Source: an uncultured Actinomycetes bacterium
GTDB taxonomy: Bacteria; Actinomycetota; UBA4738; HRBIN12
DNA: 64,000 nucleotides
NCBI GenBank assembly: GCA_963713185.1
Contig: CAVQKV010000001.1
Span: 227,042 to 291,041, forward strand
Direction: 5' to 3'
The notes below the pieces were generated by a model that was not told where the DNA came from, did not search any database, and saw only the letters and a list, made by a program, of their open reading frames with translations. This document shows, in pieces, positions 52,821 through 61,529 of this stretch. Both the position numbers and the translations under genes were made by a program. The first letter of the stretch is position 1. Each line of letters opens with the position of its first letter.

Positions 52821-54016
52821 GTCGCCGCCGCGCCGCGGGCCTCGCGGCGGGCGTGGTGATGGGGTTCGCCCTCGGCGCCTCGCTCACGCTCGCGATCCAG
52901 GGGTGGGCGAACCTGCCCGACCCGGGATCGACGGCCGACCCGACCGTCCCGCGGACCGAGCCGCAGCCTCCGCAGGCGTTCCTCGTCTGGACCTCGGGCG
53001 GGATGCCCGACGGGTTCCGTTCGGCCGTCCGAGGGGTCGACGGGATCACGCGCTCGGTGGTGGTGGCGAGCGACAACACGTGGCTCGACCGGTCGTGGTC
53101 CGCCCAGGGCGAGGCGATCGACGACCCGCGTCCCGGTTTCGCGATCCCGCTCGAGGTCGCAGCGGTCGATCCGGCCGCGTTCGCGCCGTTCCTGCCGCCT
53201 GCCGACCGCTCCTTGGCTCTCGCCCTCGCCGACGGGAAGGGGATCTTGGGCGAGAGCAGCGCCAAGCTGCGCGGTCTCGGGCCGGGGGCGGTGCTGCGGT
53301 TCGGCGATGACCGGATCGAGGTGGCCGCGATCTTGCCCGACGAGCTCGTCGGCGCCCACGAGCTGATGGTCTCGCGTGAGGTCGGCCGCTCGATCGGCGT
53401 GACGCACGACCGGTACGCGTTGGTGGTACCGGACGGGGCTCGAACGGCTCGCGGAGTCGAACGCCTGCTACGCCCGATCCTGCCGACCGATCCGCCATCG
53501 AAGGTCCGCGCCCCCGGAGACACCCCGTACTTCCGCCAGGGGGACGCCGTCCTGCCCCCGGTCCGGATCAAGCTGCTGTTCGGCGAGTTCGAGGCCCGCC
53601 CCGAGCCGGGGCGGCCGGGATTCCTGGAGCTCGATCCGGCATGGGTCCGGCGGAACATCGCCACGCACACCGTCCCGCTGCTCGGGAGCGTCACCTGCAA
53701 CGTTTCGCTGTTCCCCCAGCTCCGCGGGGCCGTCCGAGAGCTGATCGATCGCGGGCTCCGGGACACGATCCAGTCGTTCTCGGGCTGCTACTCCCCCCGA
53801 CACATCAACCGGATCCCGAGCGCGGGCCTGTCCCACCACTCGTGGGGCATCGCGATCGATCTGAACGTGCAGCAGGGGAACCTGTTCGGGCAGACGCCGC
53901 ACCAGGACCCCAGGCTCATCGACGTGTTCGAGCATTGGGGGTTCCTCTGGGGCGGCACGTTCATCGTGCCCGACGGCATGCATCTCGAGTACCGGAGGGA
54001 GCCCGGCGGGCTCTAG
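52817..54016 (+). CDS. membrane-anchored peptidase M15 (VanY-like D,D-carboxypeptidase) with a roughly 270-aa N-terminal extracytoplasmic domain
   Basis: GTG at 52817 in a GTGA overlap with the upstream stop. TM LAAGVVMGFALGASLTLAI. Zn motifs SHHSWGIAIDLN and PDGMHLEY. Confidence 0.8.
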   Translation: MSRRRAAGLAAGVVMGFALGASLTLAIQGWANLPDPGSTADPTVPRTEPQPPQAFLVWTSGGMPDGFRSAVRGVDGITRSVVVASDNTWLDRSWSAQGEAIDDPRPGFAIPLEVAAVDPAAFAPFLPPADRSLALALADGKGILGESSAKLRGLGPGAVLRFGDDRIEVAAILPDELVGAHELMVSREVGRSIGVTHDRYALVVPDGARTARGVERLLRPILPTDPPSKVRAPGDTPYFRQGDAVLPPVRIKLLFGEFEARPEPGRPGFLELDPAWVRRNIATHTVPLLGSVTCNVSLFPQLRGAVRELIDRGLRDTIQSFSGCYSPRHINRIPSAGLSHHSWGIAIDLNVQQGNLFGQTPHQDPRLIDVFEHWGFLWGGTFIVPDGMHLEYRREPGGL

Positions 54017-54278
54017 CCTGGACAGAACTTGGAGTCAGTTCACCCTAGCCGACGACCGGCGCGCACCCGCATCATCACGTGAAGGCGTCCGGACGTGCGC
54101 GAAGGGAGCAGCGAGCATGCGCAGTCTGCACTTGCTCGGTGTCCGGTGGCCGCAACCACAGGGCCCGAGCATGCCTCCCGCGGCAGGACGCGCGTGGGTT
54201 TCTGCTCCCTTCGCGGTCACCCGAAGGCGACACCCCCATCGTACCCCCGCCCCGATCGCTCGCGCGAACCGGGTGCGG

Positions 54279-55121
54279 TCAGGCCGAGGTCGCGCTTCGA
54301 CCGGCCAGGCGGGATCGGACGACGAGCCAGAGCACGATCACGGCGGCGGTCGTCGCGGCGACCAGCCCCGCCGCCACGCGCGTCTTCGGGTGGGCGGCCG
54401 TCTGGACGAACCGGGTGCGCAGGCGCACCGGGCGGCGGAAGTCGCGGATGTCCCACCCCTCGGCCTCGGCCTCCTTGCGCAGCTCCTTGTCTGGGTTCAC
54501 GGCGACCGGTTGTCCGACGATCCGCAGCATCGGCAGGTCGGTCGATGAGTCGCTGTAGGCGTACGAAGCCGCGAGTTCGATCCCACGATCCTGCGCGAGC
54601 GAGCGGATCGCCTCGGCCTTCCCATCGCCGTAGCAGTAGAACTCGAGCTCCCCCGTGTAGCGCCCGTCTTCGACCCGGGCGCGCGTCGCGAGCACGCCGG
54701 CCACACCGAAGTGGCGCGCGAGCGGACGGACGACCTCCTCGGGCGACGAGCTCACGATGTAGATGGCCCTGCCCTGCGACCGGTGCAGGTCCATCAGGTC
54801 GAGGGCCTCCTGGTAGACGAACGGATCGATCACGTCGATCAGCACGTCCTCGACCAGGCGCTCGACCTCGTGCCGGTCCCACCCCCGCGTGAGCTGGAGC
54901 ATCCCCTCCTTCAACCGGTCCATCTTCTTCTCGTCCGCGCCGACCAGCGCGTACACGAGCTGCGCGTACGCACCGCGCACGAGCTGCCCCCGGGTGACCA
55001 TCCCCGCCCGGTACATCGGCCGCGAGAGCGCGAGCGAGGACGAGCGCGAGATGATCGTCTTGTCGAGGTCGAAGAACGCGGCCTCCATGGCGTTCATCGT
55101 AGCCGGGGCGGCCGACGCCAC
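54279..55121 (-). CDS. HAD-IB family hydrolase (SerB-like) with a C-terminal TM helix
   Basis: FFDLDKTII (DxDxT), IVSSSPEE, AYSDSSTDLPML. Confidence 0.85.
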   Translation of the reverse strand: MASAAPATMNAMEAAFFDLDKTIISRSSSLALSRPMYRAGMVTRGQLVRGAYAQLVYALVGADEKKMDRLKEGMLQLTRGWDRHEVERLVEDVLIDVIDPFVYQEALDLMDLHRSQGRAIYIVSSSPEEVVRPLARHFGVAGVLATRARVEDGRYTGELEFYCYGDGKAEAIRSLAQDRGIELAASYAYSDSSTDLPMLRIVGQPVAVNPDKELRKEAEAEGWDIRDFRRPVRLRTRFVQTAAHPKTRVAAGLVAATTAAVIVLWLVVRSRLAGRSATSA

Positions 55122-55231
55122 CGGGAGTGTCGGCCATCCGGCCGAGCGAGTCCTCGGTCCCGCTGGGAACGAGGCGCCCGACCCTGCGGACCGCCGCTCC
55201 GATCCGGCAGCATGGGTGCGGAGGGATAAGG

Positions 55232-55435
55232 ATGATCGGTGTCGGATGGCCGATCGAGGACTTCCCGCCCGGTGGAGCCGGCCACACCGAGCTCTGGGCG
55301 GGGATCCTCGGCTTCGTCGTGCTGATCGCGCTGAGCGCGCTCGTCATCTGGCGGGACCGGCGAGCCGTGCGGATGGCCAAGGCTCGCCCCGAGCTCCGGA
55401 TCGAGCACCCGGCGGAGTTCCGCAAGGCAGCGTAA
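55232..55435 (+). CDS. small single-TM protein
   Basis: GGAGGGATAAGG-ATG at 55232. 67 aa with TM LWAGILGFVVLIALSALVIW. Confidence 0.45.
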   Translation: MIGVGWPIEDFPPGGAGHTELWAGILGFVVLIALSALVIWRDRRAVRMAKARPELRIEHPAEFRKAA

Positions 55436-55463
55436 GAGCCCGCCGGACCAACCGGCGGGCTCT
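55435..55463. terminator. perfect 12-bp GC hairpin between convergent genes (likely a bidirectional terminator)
   Basis: AGAGCCCGCCGG-accaa-CCGGCGGGCTCT. There is no U-tract, as is common in high-GC actinobacteria. Confidence 0.55.
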
Positions 55464-55492
55464 CGCGAGGCGCGGGGTATATGGAGCGCGTC

Positions 55493-55873
55493 CTAGAAGG
55501 TCGCGCTCCCTGCGCACACCTCGCCCGTCGACACGTTCCGGGCCCTCGCACGGAACACGTCTGAACCGGCGCTGTCGTTCTCGAGGATCCGGACCGAGAA
55601 CGAGCCGCTCGCGCCCCGCGTCGTGCGCGTCCCTCGGAACGCGAGGTCGCCGTCGTGACCGATCTTGACCCTCCACCGGTCGCCCGAGACGTTCTGGTCG
55701 ACCTCGTACTCGACCTCGAGCCTCCCGTCGTCCGGCGAGACCTTGAGCTTCCACTCGCTCGAGTTGCTGCAGGACCCTCGCTCGATGACGTCGTTCTGTC
55801 CCGCCGACGCGACCGCCGCGGGCACCAGCAGCACGAACGTCGTCACGAGCGCGAACGCGATCCCCTTCTTCAT
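55493..55873 (-). CDS. small secreted protein of unknown function
   Basis: Signal peptide MKKGIAFALVTTFVLLVPAAVASAGQ, a GAGGGAGG Shine-Dalgarno sequence and two Cys residues. Confidence 0.6.
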   Translation of the reverse strand: MKKGIAFALVTTFVLLVPAAVASAGQNDVIERGSCSNSSEWKLKVSPDDGRLEVEYEVDQNVSGDRWRVKIGHDGDLAFRGTRTTRGASGSFSVRILENDSAGSDVFRARARNVSTGEVCAGSATF

Positions 55874-55981
55874 GTCGACCTCCCTCGATCGTTACCGAGG
55901 CTCAGCGTAGAAGGGAGGCCGCTAACGGCAGGTAAAGCAGAACGGCGCGCTCGGTAAAGGTTCGCCGCTATCCTCGCTCAC

Positions 55982-56073
55982 GGAGGCGTCAGGGCACCTG
56001 GTGGGCCCCCCGGTCTTCAAAATCGGTGGGCGGGCGAAAGCTCGCCGGCGGGTTCGATTCCCGTCCGCCTCCG
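55982..56073 (+). tRNA. selC: tRNA-Sec (UCA)
   Basis: GGAGGCG acceptor, anticodon arm CCGGT-CTTCAAA-ATCGG, a 7-bp variable arm with a GAAA loop (GGCGGGC-GAAA-GCTCGCC), T arm GCGGG-TTCGATT-CCCGT; 92 nt long. Confidence 0.85.
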
Positions 56074-56171
56074 CTACAAATGGCCCCCTTGACCAGCGGC
56101 GTTCCGTCGAGCCGGGCCAGAGGGGGTCGCGGGAAGGGCCTGATCCGAGCCCGAACGACCGTGTTCAGCAC

Positions 56172-56246
56172 ACAAGTCTTTCGGTGTTTCCTCCGCCCCG
56201 CGCCGGACAAGTCTTCCGACCGCCCGCAGGAGGACCGGACAAGTCT
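56172..56246 (+). repeat. three direct copies of (CCGG)ACAAGTCT(TC) just inside the left end of the island
   Basis: Copies at 56172-56180, 56203-56216 and 56235-56246. Confidence 0.85.
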
Positions 56247-56308
56247 CGATCCGCCGAGGACGGCCGAGTCCGTCAACGTGGTGTAACTCCACAGCGTCAT
56301 CCTGATCC

Positions 56309-56505
56309 TCAGCTCGCTGCGACGAGCTCGCCTCTCACCTCCTCGGTCGCCTGGCCGTCGATCACCTCAAGCCTCGCCTTGGCGAGCGACTCGGCGCTCA
56401 TGTAGGGGCGGACGACGCGCACTCGTCATGTTGCTCGGCCAGGACCATCCCGACGAGTCGGATCACCGATGCACGGTCGAGGAAGATGCCAACGACGTCT
56501 GACCG
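56309..56505 (-). pseudogene. IS256-family transposase C-terminal fragment, frameshifted
   Basis: RRSDVVGIFLDRASVIRLVGMVLAEQHDE, then VVRPYMSAESLAKARLEVIDGQ in the next frame. Confidence 0.6.
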
Positions 56506-56672
56506 CCGCGCGCGTCCGTGCCGCCCACCGTTGGTTCGGCCCCCTCGGCGAGCACGACAAGGAACTCGGCGCCGCTCGAAACGGAGGCGTCGAGGACCTC
56601 GCCGAGCGTGGCCCGGTCGCCATCCACGACAGACTCGATCACGCCGCGTAGGTTCAGGCCCGGTGAGGCTCA

Positions 56673-56738
56673 GGTCACGAGCCGAGCGTGCGTGCCTTGC
56701 AAGCAGGGGGGCCGGCGGTTCGAGTCCGCTCGTCTCCA
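56673..56738 (+). pseudogene. tRNA-Ala(UGC)-like relic with a deleted D-loop and a mismatched acceptor stem
   Basis: Anticodon arm CGTGC-CTTGCAA-GCAGG and T arm GGCGG-TTCGAGT-CCGCT, with 3' end CGTCTCCA. Only 66 nt long, and 5 of 7 acceptor pairs form. Confidence 0.45.
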
Positions 56739-56804
56739 CTATTGATCGTCGTTGAGACGGCTCGGTCTGTTGGCGTGAAGCGCCTTACTGGGTATCCGGA
56801 GTGC

Positions 56805-59800
56805 TCATCGCAGCGCTGCGTCATGCAGCTCGGCGAGTCGTGCCCGAACGCGCTCGGCCATGACGAGGTTGCCCTCGCGGTCGAAGCGATCGAGTGACTT
56901 CTCCAGAGCAGCAGCCGCCTCGTCGGGTTTCCCGCCGAGCCGGAGCACCTCGGCGAGGTCGGCGTATGCGTATCCCTGCCGGTCGAGCAGCTCGGTCTGG
57001 TCGCCGAGCGTCGCCGCCTCGCGAGCGAGCCGCAGCGCGTCCGCGTGCTCGCCGCGGCGCGCGAGCACCTTCCCTCTGACGCCGCGCCAGGCCATCTGCC
57101 ACCAATTGTCGTTGCGAACGAGCTCGGCAGCGCGGCCGGCCAACGCGTCCGCCTCGTCGAGGCGATCGAGCTCGTAAAGGGCCTGCGCGAGGCTTGCCGT
57201 GGCGCCGGCGAGGAACTCGCGTTCACGCAGCTCCTCGTGCATCCTGCAGCCCTCTGCTCCGAACTCGGCCGCCGCGGCGGGGTCGCCGGCCAGGAGCTCC
57301 ACCGAGACGGACTCGAAGGCGACGAGGTTGGCCAGCAGCGCCTCCTCCGCCGCGCTCCGCCTGCTGGGCGCGGGCGACGGTGAGGATGGCACGGGCCTCG
57401 TCGAAGCGACCGAGCTTCGCCAGCGACCAGGCCCGGTACGCGCGGAAGAACTGGTCCGGCCCTGCGCGTGCCTCGTTCTCGTCGAGCCAGGCGAGGAGCG
57501 ACCGGGACCGGGGTCGTGCCGGCGAAGCGGCACCAGGCCAGGGCTCCCAGCAGCCATGACGGCTCGTGGCCCGCGCGGCGGGCGTGGGCGAGGGCGCGCT
57601 CGTACGCGTGCAGCGCGGCGTCGGGGCGTCCCTTCTCGCCGGCCGCCTCCGCGAGCCCGGTGTAGCCCACGTACAGGGCCATGTCGTCGCCTGCTGCTTC
57701 GAGCTCGGGAGCGCCTCCGCGAGGAACGCGGCGAGCCGCACGTTGCCGACCCCCGGCTCGAGGGCGAGGCGGACGACTCCCGCCTGGATCCTTCCGCACA
57801 GCTCGCCATGGCGATTACCCGCCGCGGCAGCCCGTTCGGTCAGGGCTTCTGCGCGTCGGAGCGCGTCGGCAGCCCGGCCGGTCCATGCCAGGACCTGGCT
57901 GAGCTCGCTCTCGAGGGCGACGTCGATCTCGTCGGCCGGAACCAGCGCGGCGGCGCGCTCGAGCAGGCGAGGCTGCGGCCAGGTAGTCCTGGCGGCGGGC
58001 CGCTCGCTGACCGGCGGCCGTCAGGCGCCCCCGCGCCGCGGCGGCCAGCGCCGCGTCGTCACGCAGCCCGACCTCGCGCGCGATAGCTGCACGGCCTGCT
58101 CGAGGTGGTAGCCGACGAGCTCGTCTTGCTCGACGAGATGCGGCACCGTGTCAGCTCCAGCCACCTCGCGAGGCGCTCGTGAAGATCTGCCCGCGTCGCT
58201 CTTCGGCAAGGCCTCGTAGGCGGTATCGCGGATCAGGAGGTGGCGAAAGCGGAAACGCGTCCTCGCCGGCGAGCTGTGGTCGTGTCGGGGCGGATCAGCT
58301 CCTTCCGTACGAGGGCCGCGAGGCGGGGCGTCACCGCGAGCCTCGTCGGGGGCGAGCGCCTGCACGGCACCGCGGTGGAAGACCTCCCCCTCGATCGCGG
58401 CGTGCTCGAGCACGGCTCCGCTCGTCCGGGCTCGAGCTGGTCGAGGCGCGCCGCGAGCAGCGCCTGCAGCGTTGGCGGGACCGACGACGTCGCCGTCGGC
58501 CTCGTCCGTCATGGCCAGCATCTCGGCGATGAACAGCGGGTTGCCGCGCGGCGGCGCGGGCGATCCGCTCGCGCAGGTCGGCCTCGATCTCTTCGGCGAA
58601 TCAACTCAGTCGACGGCGTCCGCCACGAGAGGCCCGAGCGGCGAGCGCCACAGCGCGGCCATGTGGGCCGGCGCTCCACGAGCTCGGGACGGGCCATGCA
58701 GAGGAGCAGGATCGGGACGCCGGTCGAGAGCAGCGCGACGTGCTCGATCTAGGTCCCGGAACGTCTCTTCGCCCCACTGGATGTCGTCGAACACGACGAT
58801 CAGCGGCCGTAGCGAGGCCGCGTGCTCGAGCGTCTTGCGGAACGCCCAGGCTATCTCCTCCGGCGAGGACGTGGCCTCCGTCTCACCGAGGAGGGCGCGC
58901 GATCGCCTTCGCCGCAGCCTCGTCCGGTGGCGACGCACCGAGTTGCTTCAGCACCTCGACGGCCGGCCAGTACGTGATGCCCTCGCCGTACGGCAGGCAG
59001 CGTCCTCGCACGACTGTCGCGTCGAGCGACGCGAGGGACTCGGCCGACGAGCCGCGACTTGCCGACGCCGGCTTCGCCGACGACGGTCACCAGCTCGCAG
59101 CGGCGCTCGGCCCGAACCCGCTCCCAGACCTCTCGGAGGATCCCCGAGCTCTCGGGCACGGCCGACGAAGCGCATGTCGTGGCGCCGCTCGGGTGCGTCT
59201 CGTACACCGAGGAGGCGGTACGCGGCGACCAGGTCTGGATTTGCCCTTGAGCTGCAGCGGCTCGACGGTCTCGACCTCGACGGCGTCGCGGACCAGATGC
59301 AGGGTCGGCTGCCCGATCAGCACCTCGCCTGGTGGGGCCGCCTGCTCCAATCGTGCAGCGACGTTGACCGCGTCACCGGTCGCCAGCCGCTCCTCGGTTC
59401 CGGTCACGACCTCGCCGGTCGTCACGCCGATTCGCCCCTCGAGGCCCAGCTCTGGAAGCGCGTCGCGCATCTCGGCCGCCGCGCGACACCGCACGCAGGG
59501 CGTCGTCCTCGTGCGCGACGGGAACGCCGAACACGGCCATGACGGCGTCGCCGATGAACTTCTCGACGGTGCCGCCGTGCCGCTCGACGACCTCCTTCAT
59601 CCGCTCGAAGTAGCGCGCGAGCAGCGTTCGGAGCCGCTCGGGGTCGACCGTCTCGCCCAGCGCCGTCGAGTTGGCCAGATCGCAGAACAGCGCCGTCACG
59701 GTCCGGCGCTGCTGCATCGCCTGCGTGGAGACCAACGCGAGCCCCGAGCCACACTCCTCGCAGAACTTGGCGCCCTCGCGATTCGCGTGACTACAGCTCG

Positions 59801-59813
59801 GGCAAATGAGCAC
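56805..59813 (-). pseudogene. zinc-ribbon + class III adenylate cyclase + AAA/STAND ATPase + TPR protein, shattered by many frameshifts
   Basis: [47 protein letters not shown]; [16 protein letters not shown]; VTVVGEAGVGKSRL; LIVVFDDIQW; a TPR-like tail ending LAELHDAALR. The pieces lie in all three minus frames. Confidence 0.7.
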
Positions 59814-59952
59814 GCCACGAGGCTAAACCGCACTCGTACCGGCAACAACCCAGGCCGCGGCTCGCCGAAAGCGCATCGAAGCGCCTGACACGCCGCCGCC
59901 AGAGAACCCGCCTCAAGGACACGTGAAGGGCAAGGAACCCCCGATCCGGTGC

Positions 59953-60200
59953 TCAAGCAGCGAGTTCGTATTCATGGATGAGGCCGCCGAGCACGTCGCG
60001 CGTTCGAACGCGTGCGCCGTCGGGCGGCCACGGAGCGGGGTCGGGCAATATATCCGGCGTCTTGAGCTCAAGCCTCGGTGGGGCCTCTTGGCGTTGTAGT
60101 GGGCGGCGTAGATTCGAAGGACCCGCTCCGGGTGGCGACGACCGAGAACCAGCATCCAGTCCAGGCACTCGGACCTGACGGTGCGGACCGACACCCACAT
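59953..60200 (-). pseudogene. C-terminal fragment of an rve/DDE transposase related to the intact copy at 61530-62582
   Basis: VRTVRSECLDWMLVLGRRHPERVLRIYAAHYNAKRPHRGL plus ..GGLIHEYELAA, compared with the intact VRTIRAELLDWTLILGRRHLDQVLHRYASHYNSHRPHRGI. Confidence 0.6.
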
Positions 60201-60411
60201 CGAAGATCGACGGAAAGGCTTCCTCGCAGACCCGCGGGACAGGTCGGGGAACGAGATCTTCCATTGGGACGACCTCCACGACCTCTCCAGCGATCGTCGG
60301 GCGTCCCGAGCTTCGTAAGCTTCTCCCCTTCACGAGCCTTCACCGATTCTCCGTCCAACGAACTCTGGGTCCAGCGATCGGAAGTATTCGTGGCGATCGA
60401 GGAGGTGGTGG

Positions 60412-60473
60412 CCGGACAAGTCTTCACAGGCCGCCGGACAAGTCTTCGAGCCGGAGCGGCCTCACAAGTCTTC
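60412..60473 (+). repeat. three more direct copies of CCGGACAAGTCTTC / CACAAGTCTTC just inside the right end of the island
   Basis: Copies at 60412-60425, 60434-60447 and 60463-60473. Confidence 0.85.
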
Positions 60474-60547
60474 TCACATTCTGGGACGGCGTCCGAAGGC
60501 GAAGACGCTGGTCGCAGGCCTGAAGGCAGCGCGAGCGTCGGACATAC

Positions 60548-60606
60548 CTTCAAAACCGGTGTGGGGGCGAGAGCTCCCAGGCGGGTTCGATTCCCGTCCG
60601 CCTCCG
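60548..60606 (+). repeat. direct duplicate of the tRNA-Sec 3' half (anticodon loop to discriminator); att-like
   Basis: CTTCAAAACCGGTGTGGGGGCGAGAGCTCCCAGGCGGGTTCGATTCCCGTCCGCCTCCG matches 56015-56073. About 75% similarity continues for roughly 70 nt downstream of both copies. Confidence 0.8.
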
Positions 60607-60711
60607 CTGCTGAAAAGGCCCTCTGACCAGCGGCGTTCCGCCAAACCGGGCGAGAGGCGGCCGCTGGAAGGGCTGAAGGGGTCGAAAACCCGCGTGCACA
60701 CGAGAAAGGCT

Positions 60712-61518
60712 TCACTTCGAGACGTCCGCACCCATGGAATCGGCGAGCGCAGCCGCCAGGAACCGGTAGGTCCATTCCTCCGCGAACTTCCGTGAATCGG
60801 CGAAGACGACCTGGATCTCGGGGTAACGAACCTGGAGGCGGGCGAGCCCGTCGGCGATGAACGCCGCCGGGACGTGCTCCAGGGCGAACAGCGCGGAGTA
60901 GCGCCCTTCGACCACGACCGCCGCCCTCCCGACCTCACCCAGGCGTTGCATCTGGAACGCGAGCGTCCCGTCCGAGAGCGAGGAGGTGAGGTTCTCGAGG
61001 GTCTTTCGCTCGACCACGGCGATGATCGCCTCGCCGTTGGCGACCCCGTAGTCCCCGGCCGAAAGAGCTAACCGCGCCGCCGCCACGTCGCGGCCGGCGA
61101 ACCGGTAAGGGTAGCGCTCCCTCGTATCGACGTGGATCGTGAAGCCATCCGGGAGCGCTCGGGCACGGGGGATGCGTGCTCCTGGGTTGGCTGCTCTTGC
61201 CGCCTTCTGGGTCTGCCAGAAGATCGCCGGACGTCCCCGCGTCTGGGTGAAGACGAACTGGGAGCGGGAAAGGCGAGGTCGATCGAGCACGAGGTCGATC
61301 ACCGGTCCGCGGCGCTTGCACGATGCAACCGGGGTCTCTTCGATCACCTCAGCGTCTTGGGGCCAGTCGGCCTCGTAGGGGTGACAGTAGATCCTGGCCG
61401 AGCGAGGCCAGGTGTCGCGGGCCTTCAGCACCAACCCCTCCGCGATCGGGAGCCGGAGCAGATACGGCAGCGTGCTGTCTTCTTCGGGGTTTCGCCCGAT
61501 CACGAAGACCTCCGCCAC
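60712..61518 (-). CDS. ERCC4 (XPF/Mus81-type) nuclease-domain protein with an unassigned N-terminal domain
   Basis: GTG at 61518, 11 nt after the transposase TGA; the GAGGAG Shine-Dalgarno sequence overlaps that stop. Motifs IHVDTRERYPY, SAGDYGV and AVVERKTLENL. Confidence 0.75.
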   Translation of the reverse strand: MAEVFVIGRNPEEDSTLPYLLRLPIAEGLVLKARDTWPRSARIYCHPYEADWPQDAEVIEETPVASCKRRGPVIDLVLDRPRLSRSQFVFTQTRGRPAIFWQTQKAARAANPGARIPRARALPDGFTIHVDTRERYPYRFAGRDVAAARLALSAGDYGVANGEAIIAVVERKTLENLTSSLSDGTLAFQMQRLGEVGRAAVVVEGRYSALFALEHVPAAFIADGLARLQVRYPEIQVVFADSRKFAEEWTYRFLAAALADSMGADVSK

Positions 61519-61529
61519 GTAAGGGCTCC

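Larger units (their letters stand above)
56074..60547. mobile_element. decayed integrative-element remnant between tRNA-Sec and a direct copy of its 3' half
   Basis: Flanked by 59-nt tRNA 3'-half repeats (29 nt identical) with arm-type repeats at both inner ends. The content is only pseudogenes and IS debris. No integrase gene is present. Confidence 0.5.

Noticed and set aside
49751-54016. 1421-aa ORF that looks like one huge protein.
   Set aside because: It is a read-through frame that happens to coincide with parts of four different genes (the cupin tail, sigma region 2, the anti-sigma N-terminus and the M15 peptidase). The segments in between are Arg-rich nonsense, and GTGA junctions mark real gene boundaries at 50864 and 52817.
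54016-54279. A 6C/B11-type small RNA, which is expected near Tad-like loci and HAD genes in mycobacteria. C-rich stretches were noticed (gacacccccatcgtacccccgcccc).
   Set aside because: I could not fold two convincing C-loop hairpins by eye, and a covariance-model search is not possible here. It is left as unverified; an Rfam RF01066 scan would settle it.
55989-56300. 103-aa ORF, and the 154-aa ORF at 60474-60938, both containing ...GGGRESNPP...
   Set aside because: Both are simply the antisense translation of the tRNA-Sec T arm and acceptor (GGTTCGATTCCC) and its duplicate. They are not genes.
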